Shown here: one piece after another, positions 26,578 through 35,722 of the stretch
Numbering within the stretch: the stretch's first letter is position 1
Layout of the letters: every line of letters begins with the position of its first letter
Source of the DNA: Candidatus Micrarchaeota archaeon
GTDB lineage: Archaea > Micrarchaeota > Micrarchaeia > Anstonellales > Bilamarchaeaceae
Assembly (NCBI GenBank): GCA_023129075.1
Contig: JAGMCT010000002.1
Location: 67,077-131,076 of the forward strand
DNA: 64,000 nt
Reading direction: 5' to 3'
Made by a program: the position numbers and the translations under genes
Notes under the pieces: generated by a model
The model's input: the letters and a program-made list of their open reading frames with translations, nothing else
Told to the model about the DNA's origin: nothing
The model's database searches: none

Positions 26578-26759
26578 AGGCATGTGTTAACTGCGGTCTT
26601 ATTTCAGAAGAGGATGTGAAGGAATGTCCAAGGTGCAGTTCTTCTGAATTCACAGAAAAATATTCAGATATGCTTATCGTGATAAATGCGGATGAATCCG
26701 AGATTGCCAGGAATTTAGGTATTACAGGGATAGGGCAGTATGCCCTTAAGATGAGATAA
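26574..26759 (+). CDS. spt4: Transcription elongation factor Spt4 (RpoE'')
   Basis: 61 aa. Zn ribbon CVNCG...CPRCSS and the conserved C-terminal ...GQYALK. Start overlaps rpoE'. Confidence 0.75.
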   Translation: MKACVNCGLISEEDVKECPRCSSSEFTEKYSDMLIVINADESEIARNLGITGIGQYALKMR

Positions 26760-26770
26760 GAGGTAATAAA

Positions 26771-27022
26771 ATGGGAAAGAAAAGAAGAGGTAGAGACAGG
26801 CTTTTAACATGTGAAAGCTGTGGAAGAGCAGTTCCAAGAACTAAAGCAGTTGAATATTACAAGAGGCAGGTTTACAGCACTGACCTAAAAGGGGAAGAGA
26901 ATGTTACAACATTCACAGGCAGAAATGTTTATTATTGTATCAGCTGTGCAAAACACAGAAAAATATTCGAGAAAAATAAGGAAAGAGCCAGAAGAGAAAA
27001 GGAACGGGGGCAGAGACCATGA
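26771..27022 (+). CDS. rps26e: 30S ribosomal protein S26e
   Basis: KKRRGRDR..TCESCGRAVPRTKAV and YYCISCAKHRK match the eS26 pattern (KKRRN..RCTNCARCVPKDKAI / YCVSCAIHSK). Confidence 0.65.
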   Translation: MGKKRRGRDRLLTCESCGRAVPRTKAVEYYKRQVYSTDLKGEENVTTFTGRNVYYCISCAKHRKIFEKNKERARREKERGQRP

Positions 27023-27306
27023 AAAAGATATCTATTGATGGAAAAACATACCTTGGTTTTGATTATAAGCTTGGAAATCTCCCGATGATTTTGATAAAGG
27101 CAAAGAAAGGTTATGTTGCCTGCAGTTATCTTGCTCCTGAAACTGCAGAAAAGGTAGGAGATGTTGCTGCTTTTGTAACAGGTGTAAAAAATATTGAAGG
27201 TTTGTATAATGCAAAGATACGAAAGATAACCTCATGGGCTGAAGAGATTGGTATAAGAGAGGGAATGAGTGTAAGGAAAGCCCTTGAGATAATGGACTCT
27301 GATTAG
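27019..27306 (+). CDS. DUF1805 (YunC-like) domain protein
   Basis: Size and pattern (IDGKTYLGFDYKLGNLPMILIKAKKGYVACSYL...) are typical of the archaeal DUF1805 family. Assignment from memory. Confidence 0.45.
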   Translation: MKKISIDGKTYLGFDYKLGNLPMILIKAKKGYVACSYLAPETAEKVGDVAAFVTGVKNIEGLYNAKIRKITSWAEEIGIREGMSVRKALEIMDSD

Positions 27307-27743
27307 TTCCTTGAGATAATCAATAACAGGAATGGAAGAGAAAATAAGATAAATGAGATGCAGGCCGGGTTATCCCTTTTATATTCCTTTTCCCCTATCT
27401 CACTTAAACACATTGTCCGTGTTGTTTCATAATAATCCTTATCTTTATCTATTCCTCCCATAAATTCAGTTGTTATATGACTGCATATGGTTTTATCCAT
27501 TGAGATTATAGCGACTTTCTTAAGGCATTTTGCTATACTGTCTTCGTATTCTTTTGCATCTATCTCCAAACATGCCTGCTCTGCTTCTTCAGCCATTCCT
27601 TTGTAAGCATACCCTATAGCAACTTCTGAATAACAAGTAGGTTTTTCACCCGGCAAAAGCCCGCTGCAGTCTGCCTCTGTTTTGAAGCTGACACACCCAA
27701 TACTCAAAAAAATAATGATAATAATAAGAAATACAAATCTCAT
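27303..27743 (-). CDS. Small secreted Cys-rich protein (start preferred at M 27743; 4-nt overlap with the HD gene stop)
   Basis: Signal peptide MRFVFLIIIIIFLSIGCVSF. Six or more Cys. C-terminal hydrophobic segment. Confidence 0.4.
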   Translation of the reverse strand: MRFVFLIIIIIFLSIGCVSFKTEADCSGLLPGEKPTCYSEVAIGYAYKGMAEEAEQACLEIDAKEYEDSIAKCLKKVAIISMDKTICSHITTEFMGGIDKDKDYYETTRTMCLSEIGEKEYKRDNPACISFILFSLPFLLLIISRN

Positions 27744-28282
27744 TTTTTTCTCACCTTCATAAGCCATCCGAATGAATCAGTTCCAAGCGCTTTTTTGAGC
27801 ATTTTTTTTGCTGTTTTTGTTTTCAGTTTCTTTTCTGCGTTCTCTATCCAAGAATGCACATAAGGATTCCCCAAATCTTCATATTCCCTTGCCTGGAATA
27901 TCACTTCAAGGCAATCAGCATCCTTTATTATCTGCATGAGTTTTTTATTCTTGTATATCTTTTTAACCTCTTTTATTTTGAAATAAACATCATTCTGCAG
28001 TTTTTTTTCTTTAACAGAAACATATCTTTTTGCAACAAGGTGAAGGTCCCCTGTTCTCGTCTCCCCAAGGTCGTGAAGAAGCGTTCCAAGCATAATATCT
28101 TTCAGTTCCTTATCTTTAAGACCCTCTCCCTCCCCAAGAAAATAAGCGATTACTGCGCTTCTGTAGGAATGTTCAGCAACACTCTCTCCATCTTTAATTC
28201 CGATGGTTTCCCATCCGCTTCTTTTTACTCTTTTCAATGCACCAACTTCATAAATAAGGTCTGCATCCATATTATCTTTCAC
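27740..28282 (-). CDS. HD-domain phosphohydrolase (YfbR-like 5'-deoxynucleotidase family)
   Basis: HD motif LLHDLGETRTGDL plus an earlier H (AEHSYRSAV). Length 180 aa. Confidence 0.65.
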   Translation of the reverse strand: MKDNMDADLIYEVGALKRVKRSGWETIGIKDGESVAEHSYRSAVIAYFLGEGEGLKDKELKDIMLGTLLHDLGETRTGDLHLVAKRYVSVKEKKLQNDVYFKIKEVKKIYKNKKLMQIIKDADCLEVIFQAREYEDLGNPYVHSWIENAEKKLKTKTAKKMLKKALGTDSFGWLMKVRKK

Positions 28283-29439
28283 CTGTTGAATATCTTTTTA
28301 AGGTCCTTTATTATTTCATGCGGAGGGCTTGTAAGCATTATCAGCCTTGCCCTTCCTTTTATTCCCCTTCCGCTTTCAGTAGAGATTATGAATCCGAGCA
28401 TTTCCAAATCGTTGAGGTATTCTCTGAACCAGCGAGATGTTCTGGGGGTCTTCCCCACTTTATTGGACAAAGAACAGTATTCCTCATAAATCTCTCCTGA
28501 AAATAGATAACGGCTCCCTTCACTGCCGTCCAGCTTTACATATTTTTGATTGGAAAGGGTGAGTCTTGCAATGGCATAAAGTACAATAAGGTAATTTTCA
28601 GGAAGGGTTGTTAATGCCTCTTTTATTATGTTGACATCAACTATTTCAACTGCTTTTTTTACCTCCTTGTCCGTAATCTTTCCTGTTTTCTCTTCTTCGG
28701 CTATCTCTGCGGCCTGGGTTAGCAGTTTAAGGGCATATCTCGCATCTCCGCTTTCTCTTGCTGCAATCGCACCTGCAAGACTTAGTGCAGATAATTCAAT
28801 GCTTCCTTTTTTGAAGGCAAGTTCAGCCCTTTGCTCAAGAATCTTTTTCAGCTGAATTGCAGAATAAGGCGGAAAAACCATTTCCTTTTCGTGTAAACTA
28901 CTCTTGCTTCTGGGGTCCAGCTGGTTCTTGAATAATAATCTATTGGATATCCCTATAAGAGTAAGTCCCCCTGCTTCTGTATCATCATTTGACCTTGTTA
29001 GGGTATATATAAGCTCATCTACATCCTTAACCATATCTATTTCGTCAAGCACAACAAGAAGCTGTCTGTTGTCACTCATCCATTCCACTATTTTTTCATA
29101 AAGAGTTGGCAGTCCAAAACCGCTTTTATCAAATCCCTCCATCATACTCTTTACTATTTTCTGTATTACTCTATATCTTGTATTGTAAATTCTGCAGTTG
29201 AGGTATATATATTTTCCTTTTATCTTCCCCATTTTTTTGAGGATGTTTTTTACTATACATGTTTTTCCGGTTCCTGTTTTTCCATAGATTATTATATTTC
29301 TGGATTTTTGGTTTTTTATGAAGGGAGAAAGAACACTTTCCAGTCCCTTCATCTGCGCCTCTCTGAATTTTATTTCATCCGGGATATAATGAGGAGAAAG
29401 CACATCATTATTAATAATTATTAAGGATTTGTCTTCCAT
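28279..29439 (-). CDS. cdc6: Orc1/Cdc6 replication initiator (AAA+ with C-terminal winged helix)
   Basis: Walker A IIIYGKTGTGKTC. Walker B/sensor LLVVLDEID. Typical ~390 aa length. Confidence 0.85.
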   Translation of the reverse strand: MEDKSLIIINNDVLSPHYIPDEIKFREAQMKGLESVLSPFIKNQKSRNIIIYGKTGTGKTCIVKNILKKMGKIKGKYIYLNCRIYNTRYRVIQKIVKSMMEGFDKSGFGLPTLYEKIVEWMSDNRQLLVVLDEIDMVKDVDELIYTLTRSNDDTEAGGLTLIGISNRLLFKNQLDPRSKSSLHEKEMVFPPYSAIQLKKILEQRAELAFKKGSIELSALSLAGAIAARESGDARYALKLLTQAAEIAEEEKTGKITDKEVKKAVEIVDVNIIKEALTTLPENYLIVLYAIARLTLSNQKYVKLDGSEGSRYLFSGEIYEEYCSLSNKVGKTPRTSRWFREYLNDLEMLGFIISTESGRGIKGRARLIMLTSPPHEIIKDLKKIFNR

Positions 29440-29517
29440 TTTTCACACACATTAAACATTCTTTTCGTAGCATTTATTAAACCTTCCATATTAAAGGAGT
29501 ATTATAAAGGTGGTCAT

Positions 29518-29886
29518 GTGGGTTTTTTCGATAAAATTTTGGGGAAGGAACAGGAAGGAGATGCGCCGGACCTGGAAGAATATTTAGATGAGAGAGAAGG
29601 CGACATAATAAATCCTCCAGCAGATTTTTATGTAAAGAGAGTAGACCTTAGAAATGAGGGGGATGCTGCGCTTGCATTAAAGGAGCTCGCCGAAAAGAAT
29701 ATTATCATTCTTAACGTCAAACCGATAGTAAACCAGCCAAAGAGACTTAAGACGTTGATAGGTAAGCTGAAGGCAAATGCAGATAAGATAAATGGGGATA
29801 TTGCTCTTCTTACAACAGAACTTATTATTCTTACTCCGTCAAAAGTATTGATTGTCAAGAGCAAGAAACAGAAAAAGAAGTTATAG
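29518..29886 (+). CDS. sepF: SepF-like cell-division protein (FtsZ anchor)
   Basis: N-terminal MGFFDKILG (an amphipathic membrane-binding helix, typical of SepF). C-terminal domain NIIILNVKP...RLKTLIGKLKANADKINGDIALLTTELIILTP matches the SepF core. Confidence 0.6.
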   Translation: MGFFDKILGKEQEGDAPDLEEYLDEREGDIINPPADFYVKRVDLRNEGDAALALKELAEKNIIILNVKPIVNQPKRLKTLIGKLKANADKINGDIALLTTELIILTPSKVLIVKSKKQKKKL

Positions 29887-29887
29887 G

Positions 29888-30799
29888 ATGTTTGAATTAA
29901 CCTTTTTCGGCACCAGCGCCGCCGTGCCCTCCCTAAAAAGGGGCATGCCTGCTTTTTCCCTTCGTTTTAATGAACTTTTTTTATTTGACTGCGGAGAAGG
30001 AACACAGCGCCAGATGATGCGTTATGGGGTTGGTTTTGGAAGAATAAAGGCGGTTTTCATCTCCCACCTTCATCTTGACCATTTTCTTGGTTTTTTCGGG
30101 CTTGCCGAAACCCTTCATTTAAATGAAAGGGAGGAGCCGTTAACTGTTTTCGCTCCTAAGGGATTCGGGGAAATGATAAGGGCGATAAGTCCTGCATCCG
30201 ACTGGAAAGAGAATTATCTTGATTCAAATGAAATAAATGAAGGTGTTCTTTATGAAGGCCGTGATTTTTCTATTTCTGCTTTCAGGGTAAAACATTCCAA
30301 GGAGAGTTATGGTTTTATTTTTCAGGAAAAGGATAAGGTTAAATTCAATGAAAAAAAGGCCAAATCTCTTGGGATTAAGGGTGTTCTATTCAAAAAAATA
30401 GAAAAAGAAGGAAAGGTAACAGTCGATGGAAAGACCATTTCTCTCGGAGAGATTAGCTGGATAAGGAAGGGGAGAAAGATAGTTTATTCTGGGGATACAA
30501 GGTCCTGTCCTGCTGTTTACAGGGCTGCAGAAGGCGCAGACATTCTTATACACGAGTCTACATATGCAGAAGACAGGAAAGATGAGGCAGGGAGCAGAGG
30601 CCATTCTACAGCTGTAGAGGCTGCAGAAACAGCAAAAAAAGCAAGAGTTAAGCATCTTATTCTCACTCATATAAGCGGAAGATACAGCACTCCCTCAGTC
30701 CTTGAAAAAGAAGCAAAAAAAGTATTCAAGAACACAACAATAGCAAAGGACGGCTTGAGGGTTCTGCTCTCGCCTGATGGTGTTATAAAGATAGAATAA
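29888..30799 (+). CDS. rnz: Ribonuclease Z (tRNA 3'-processing endonuclease). The ATG at 29888 is preferred over the track's 29852
   Basis: HLHLDHFLG, GDT and HEST motifs. About 300 aa. Confidence 0.8.
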   Translation: MFELTFFGTSAAVPSLKRGMPAFSLRFNELFLFDCGEGTQRQMMRYGVGFGRIKAVFISHLHLDHFLGFFGLAETLHLNEREEPLTVFAPKGFGEMIRAISPASDWKENYLDSNEINEGVLYEGRDFSISAFRVKHSKESYGFIFQEKDKVKFNEKKAKSLGIKGVLFKKIEKEGKVTVDGKTISLGEISWIRKGRKIVYSGDTRSCPAVYRAAEGADILIHESTYAEDRKDEAGSRGHSTAVEAAETAKKARVKHLILTHISGRYSTPSVLEKEAKKVFKNTTIAKDGLRVLLSPDGVIKIE

Positions 30800-30875
30800 T
30801 AGTATTATAATAATATTGGACCTGAGATGGTGGAAAAGCTTTAAAAAATCTTTTCACTTTAACCTCCTTGTAAGA

Positions 30876-30946
30876 GCGGCCATAGTCTAGTGGTAGGATA
30901 CAAGATTGCCAATCTTGAGACCCGGGTTCGAGCCCCGGTGGCCGCA
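30876..30946 (+). tRNA. tRNA-Gly (anticodon GCC)
   Basis: GCGGCCATAGTCTAGTGGTAGGATACAAGATTGCCAATCTTGAGACCCGGGTTCGAGCCCCGGTGGCCGCA. All four arms fold. The anticodon loop is UUGCCAA. Confidence 0.85.
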
Positions 30947-31142
30947 TACTGAACCGCGGAGGGGGACACCCTCAGTTTCATGGTTCTCCTGACCCTCCCC
31001 CAAATTTTGAATATTATCCAAACGGAAGGGGTCCTGGAAATCCGTAGGATTTCTGAGAGGATTATCCTCGGGATAGTTTTATTGAGCCAAAGTTGTATCT
31101 TATGCACACATTTTTAAATATTTCTAAACATTATATTAGAGT

Positions 31143-34100
31143 ATGACTAATATTCAAAGAAAAGTTTCAGGTGATAAGGTAAGGGAGGGAGGCTCAACTA
31201 AGTCCCTTCAGATAATAAATGGAGGACGGCAGGGTTCATCCCAACAGAGGGACCCATTTGGAAGGAAAGCCTATAAATTGCTGGAAAATGCAGTAGGTTA
31301 TACCGGAAAGATTGGAACAACGGGTTTTTTCAAGAATATTCTCTTGGGGGGTGCAGGAGCAGGTCTCCTTTATGGTTCTTATCAGGGTCTTAAGGCTATT
31401 CCATCCAGCGCAGAACAAATTATTACAGGAATTAAAGCTACAACAATATCCGCAACCTCGTGGTTTGAGGAACTTACTTTAAGTTCTGCAATGAATGGCG
31501 CAAAAGGAGTAGCCGGGAAGGCGGTTGCCTATGCTTCAATGTCAAATATACTGACTGCAGCAGCTTATCCAGCATATGTGCTTACTCCGATAATTGCAGC
31601 AGGAAAGGTAACAAGAGACGTAAACAAGGCGATGGGAGAAAGAAGGCTGCTTGCAGAGAAACAAAAGAGGTCATTAACCGGCATAGGAGACATCGGAAGG
31701 ATTGGATGGGAGACAGTCAAAAGTGCTTCACTTTATTCAATGATTGCAGCAACTGTAATCTCAGTTCCGACCGTAATTGCTGTGGCTGTAGGAGCAACAA
31801 TTCCAGGGAGTGTTACTGCCCTTGGAATATTTGCTGTTTTGGCTGAAACCGCAGGTCCATTGTATGTAGGTATGAAAGGTGCTGAACTTGGAAGAGTGGT
31901 TCTTAAAAAGATAACTCCGAAGTGCCTGGAAAAATACCTTTCTGATAAAATAGATGAGCATTATTATGGAAACAGGCATTGGTTTTCTGCTGGAAGCAGA
32001 TGGGCAAGGGTTCAGGAAAAGATGTCCTTTTCTGGCTCTCAGAATAGGGTGCAGGTTAATGAAAGTGGTGATGGGCAGTCTTCTCAAGCCGAGGAACAGG
32101 CAGTTGAGCAGCACACAACCCCCATCTTTGGCGCCTTAAAACAAAAAATATTAAACAAACTAAAAGGTGTTTTTTCCAGAGGAAAAGAACAACAGACCAT
32201 TGGAAATTTTTTCGATACCTCTGAATCCTTGAAAAGTAGGATATTAAACAAAACAGGAGGCTTTTTTTCCAAAAGAAAAATCCTAAAGGCAAGCGACGAA
32301 AATCTGGTTGAACTCCACCAAGAGGCAAAAAAGGAGCTCAAAAGACTAAGAAAAACCCTAAAAAATGCTGAAAAAAATGTTGAGAAATCTGTTAGGAAGG
32401 GATATACAGATAACATAAAGAAGCTAGAAAAGGATATAGAGAGCCTAAGGGTTCAGATTACTTCGCTTGGAAAAGAAAAAACGACCTTCCAAACCCGTTT
32501 GGACGAAGAAATACAGCAGAAAGAGAATTTACTTGGAGAGATAACAAAACTTTCCGAAGAATACAATAAAAGCAGGGAAGAACTCAAAGTCAAAAATAAT
32601 TGCATCTCAGAATTAGAACAGCAGATGAAGGAAGTACAAGATACTTTTAACCAGTCCCTTGAGGATTCAAAGAAAGAGATAACTGATTTGAAAATTCAGT
32701 TGACTGAAGTAGAAAAACTGAAACAAACATTAACAGATGATGCAGACCAGCTCAAGAGCCTGCAAAAAGCCACCAGAAATACACTAATAACTAAGGAAAA
32801 AAAGATTTCAGAATTGGAAGACAAATTGCGTGATTTGGAGCTGGACATAGGAAATATCACCCACCTCTCTGATGGAAGAAACAGGAGAATTGAAGAGTTA
32901 AAATCACAGCTGGAAAAAGCGAACAGTGAGAAGGAAACTGCTGTTTTTGAATTAGATCTGTTCAATGCAAGATATGAAGCTGCACAGGAAGAGCTAAAAT
33001 ATGGACAGGAAAAGATTTCTGCATTGGAAATACAGGTAAGCGAATTGGAATTACAGAAAGGAACAGGGTTGTCTGCTGATGAAAAGGACAAGAAGATAGG
33101 AGAGTTAATAGAAAAATTGAAAGCCATGAAAGGTATAGTTAAGCTTGCACAAATTGATAAGCGTGAACTGGAGAAGAAAATTGATTCTCTGAATCAGAAA
33201 ATGGATAAGAAGGTTGAGAAAGCAGCAGGTGAATTGGTCTCTGAGCTGGACAGAACCAAGAAATTACTTGAAGAAACTGAATATCAAATAGTAACTCTTG
33301 CAAATGAAAAATTAGAATTACAAAAGGAAAATGAAAGATTAAAAACTCAGATAGGCCCAACAGATGAAGAGATTGCACGGCTTATAGCTCAGAATGCCTC
33401 AAAGAATGAAATAATTGCACAACTTCAAAAAGAGATGGATGACCTTAACCAGCAAATAGAAGATAAATATATGGAGCTTGATGAGGGGTCCTTTATAAGC
33501 GAGGAAAAGCTTCCTGAAAATGAGAACCTAAGCGAGGAAGAGCTTTCTGGAAATGAGAACCCCCCTTCACTTTCTGAAGCAGAAAAAGGAAATTTAATTG
33601 AGATGGACGACCTTAGGATGCAAATTAGTGAACTTGAAAAAAGCAAGGAGCAAAACACCGAGAAAATACAAGAGTTAGTAAGCAGGGAAAAGAAATACGG
33701 GGAGGAAGTCTCAAAACTTGAAGAACAGCTTAAAGATAAAGACATGGAATTCTCAAATATCCAAGCAGATTACAATTACCTTAATGATATGCTTAACCAG
33801 ATGACATGTCAAAATAAAGGAGGAAAAAAAGAACAATTAGCTAAAATATTGGAACTTACTAAACAGGTTAAAGAAAAAGAAAAAGAATTGTTAGATTTTG
33901 GTTCAAGAATGCTCAAACGGGAGAATGAGTTTAATCAAATCAAGCAGAAAAAAACAAAAATAGAGGAGCAATTGGAAGAAGCTAATAAAAAGATTGATGA
34001 GCTGAATTCCAAACTCTCCGAAACTAACTGCGAGGGAGAAAATTCCGGATGCAAAGACGAAAAAAATTGCGGGGAGAAGAAGAATTCAATCCTTTCTGAT

Positions 34101-34631
34101 AAGTCGAAAAGAACCAACGGCTCCTTTGATGGTAGGGATCCAAACGGGAACGAGAGTTTTACTGCTGAAGAGCTGAAACAATTTGACAGCATGAAGGAAG
34201 ATGTTCCTAAAAAAGAAACAAAGAATGTTGAAAATAAAAAACCCAACGAACCTTTTGTTGAAGGAATTATTGTTGATACGAGTAAAGAAGGAAATCAGGA
34301 TACTGAGAAAAAAGAGAAAGAAACCCAGAAACCAAAGAGAAATGGGGTGGAAACCCTTTTTGATGATAATGGAGGGGTACTTCCGGATGACCCTGTGGAA
34401 AGGCAAAAAATTCTTGACAAAGTAGGAGATGAACTTGGATTAGGCGACGACAATGTAGAGGTTACCCCTGAGAGCGTCGCAGAAGCACAAAAGGCTCTGG
34501 ATAAAGAAGACGAAGAGGAAGAAAAAAAGAAGAAAGAAGAAAAGAAACCGAAAAACGGAGAAGAGATGACAATTGAGGAAATATTTTCTGAGTTTAGAAA
34601 CCAAGGAGAAGAAGAGGACGAAGATACATAA
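31143..34631 (+). CDS. 1162-aa membrane-anchored coiled-coil protein. The N-terminal ~280 aa has several hydrophobic Gly/Ala-rich helices. It is followed by ~800 aa of continuous coiled coil and an acidic C-terminus, with no NTPase motif
   Basis: Hydrophobic segments (ILLGGAGAGLLYGSY..., IAATVISVPTVIAVAVGATIPGSVTALGIFAVLAETAG). Heptad-rich E/K/L/Q sequence from ~aa 330 to 1000. C-terminal EEEDEDT. Confidence 0.6.
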   Translation: MTNIQRKVSGDKVREGGSTKSLQIINGGRQGSSQQRDPFGRKAYKLLENAVGYTGKIGTTGFFKNILLGGAGAGLLYGSYQGLKAIPSSAEQIITGIKATTISATSWFEELTLSSAMNGAKGVAGKAVAYASMSNILTAAAYPAYVLTPIIAAGKVTRDVNKAMGERRLLAEKQKRSLTGIGDIGRIGWETVKSASLYSMIAATVISVPTVIAVAVGATIPGSVTALGIFAVLAETAGPLYVGMKGAELGRVVLKKITPKCLEKYLSDKIDEHYYGNRHWFSAGSRWARVQEKMSFSGSQNRVQVNESGDGQSSQAEEQAVEQHTTPIFGALKQKILNKLKGVFSRGKEQQTIGNFFDTSESLKSRILNKTGGFFSKRKILKASDENLVELHQEAKKELKRLRKTLKNAEKNVEKSVRKGYTDNIKKLEKDIESLRVQITSLGKEKTTFQTRLDEEIQQKENLLGEITKLSEEYNKSREELKVKNNCISELEQQMKEVQDTFNQSLEDSKKEITDLKIQLTEVEKLKQTLTDDADQLKSLQKATRNTLITKEKKISELEDKLRDLELDIGNITHLSDGRNRRIEELKSQLEKANSEKETAVFELDLFNARYEAAQEELKYGQEKISALEIQVSELELQKGTGLSADEKDKKIGELIEKLKAMKGIVKLAQIDKRELEKKIDSLNQKMDKKVEKAAGELVSELDRTKKLLEETEYQIVTLANEKLELQKENERLKTQIGPTDEEIARLIAQNASKNEIIAQLQKEMDDLNQQIEDKYMELDEGSFISEEKLPENENLSEEELSGNENPPSLSEAEKGNLIEMDDLRMQISELEKSKEQNTEKIQELVSREKKYGEEVSKLEEQLKDKDMEFSNIQADYNYLNDMLNQMTCQNKGGKKEQLAKILELTKQVKEKEKELLDFGSRMLKRENEFNQIKQKKTKIEEQLEEANKKIDELNSKLSETNCEGENSGCKDEKNCGEKKNSILSDKSKRTNGSFDGRDPNGNESFTAEELKQFDSMKEDVPKKETKNVENKKPNEPFVEGIIVDTSKEGNQDTEKKEKETQKPKRNGVETLFDDNGGVLPDDPVERQKILDKVGDELGLGDDNVEVTPESVAEAQKALDKEDEEEEKKKKEEKKPKNGEEMTIEEIFSEFRNQGEEEDEDT

Positions 34632-34663
34632 TCCATTTATTCTTTTCCTTTTGAATTTTATTC

Positions 34664-35719
34664 ATGGGTTTTGATGTTCATGTTGTAGGGGGGGGCCCCT
34701 CAGGGTCTATCTCAGCCATCTCTGCATTAAGAAATAATTTTAATGTGGTTGTCAGCGAGGAGCATGAAAGAAGCGGTTTTCCTGTCCGCTGTTCAGGTCT
34801 CATCTCAAAAAACGGCCTTGACTACCTTTCAAAATATGTGGACTACAAAAAACACATAATAAATTTTTTAAGAGGAGCAATAGTTTACGTTGGAAAGGAA
34901 CAGTTAATTTTTGATGCAAAAGAAACAAATGCCTATGTTGTTGACAGGGCTTCCTTTGACCAGGAGCTTATGTGGAATGCTGAAATTGAAGGGGCAAAAT
35001 TAGAATTCTCAAAAAGAATAACAAACAAATTCCAGGCAAGAAATATAATCGCTGCAGACGGCCCGCTTTCAACAATTGCAAGCAACCTTGGTTTTCCTTC
35101 AATAAAAAAGTATGCAGTAACCCTCCAGGCGTTTGTGAAAAGGAATGCAAGAAAAGATTTTGTTGAGGTTTTTATTTCAAGCAAAAATTATCCAGGACTT
35201 TTTGGATGGTATATCCCGCATAATGAGGAATACGGCGAGGTTGGTGTTGGCACCCTACTTCCAAATAACCCTTCCCTTGCTTTTAGGCATCTTATGAAGA
35301 GACTAAAGATTGTTAATTATCCCACGCCAACCGGTGCTCTTATTCCCTTGAGGCTAAGGAAAAAAACAGCCGTTAACGGAAAAAGAAATGTCCTGCTGGT
35401 TGGTGATGCTGCAGGCCAGGTCAAATCCTCTACAGGCGGGGGAGTTGTTATGGGAGGAAGGTGTGCAGAGATTGCAGGAAGGTTCGCAGATAATCCCGAG
35501 ATGTATGAAAGAGAATGGAAAGGAAAATACATGGCGGATTTTTTGATGCATAAATCCATACAATCCTTTATTTCTTTAAATCCAGACGTGGTTCTTGAAA
35601 AAACAGCTATCCTTTTCAGGAAGCTTGGCGGTATTTCTCTTCTTGAAGGGGCAAGGGAGATGGATATGCCAACAAGGATACTTCCATCATTGCTCACAGC
35701 AAAAAGAATGTTTAAATAG
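34664..35719 (+). CDS. FAD-dependent geranylgeranyl reductase family oxidoreductase (archaeal lipid saturation)
   Basis: FAD-binding VHVVGGGPSGS...E. The GGR-family RCSGL is present. Length 351 aa. Confidence 0.7.
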   Translation: MGFDVHVVGGGPSGSISAISALRNNFNVVVSEEHERSGFPVRCSGLISKNGLDYLSKYVDYKKHIINFLRGAIVYVGKEQLIFDAKETNAYVVDRASFDQELMWNAEIEGAKLEFSKRITNKFQARNIIAADGPLSTIASNLGFPSIKKYAVTLQAFVKRNARKDFVEVFISSKNYPGLFGWYIPHNEEYGEVGVGTLLPNNPSLAFRHLMKRLKIVNYPTPTGALIPLRLRKKTAVNGKRNVLLVGDAAGQVKSSTGGGVVMGGRCAEIAGRFADNPEMYEREWKGKYMADFLMHKSIQSFISLNPDVVLEKTAILFRKLGGISLLEGAREMDMPTRILPSLLTAKRMFK

Positions 35720-35722
35720 CCT

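Noticed and set aside
29440-29517. Candidate oriC upstream of cdc6
   Set aside because: The spacer is only 78 bp and has no repeated ORB-like elements or extended AT-rich unwinding region visible. It is kept only as an inference finding.
30859-31107. 82-aa minus-strand ORF
   Set aside because: It overlaps tRNA-Gly and the structured spacer entirely. It has no coding-like composition.
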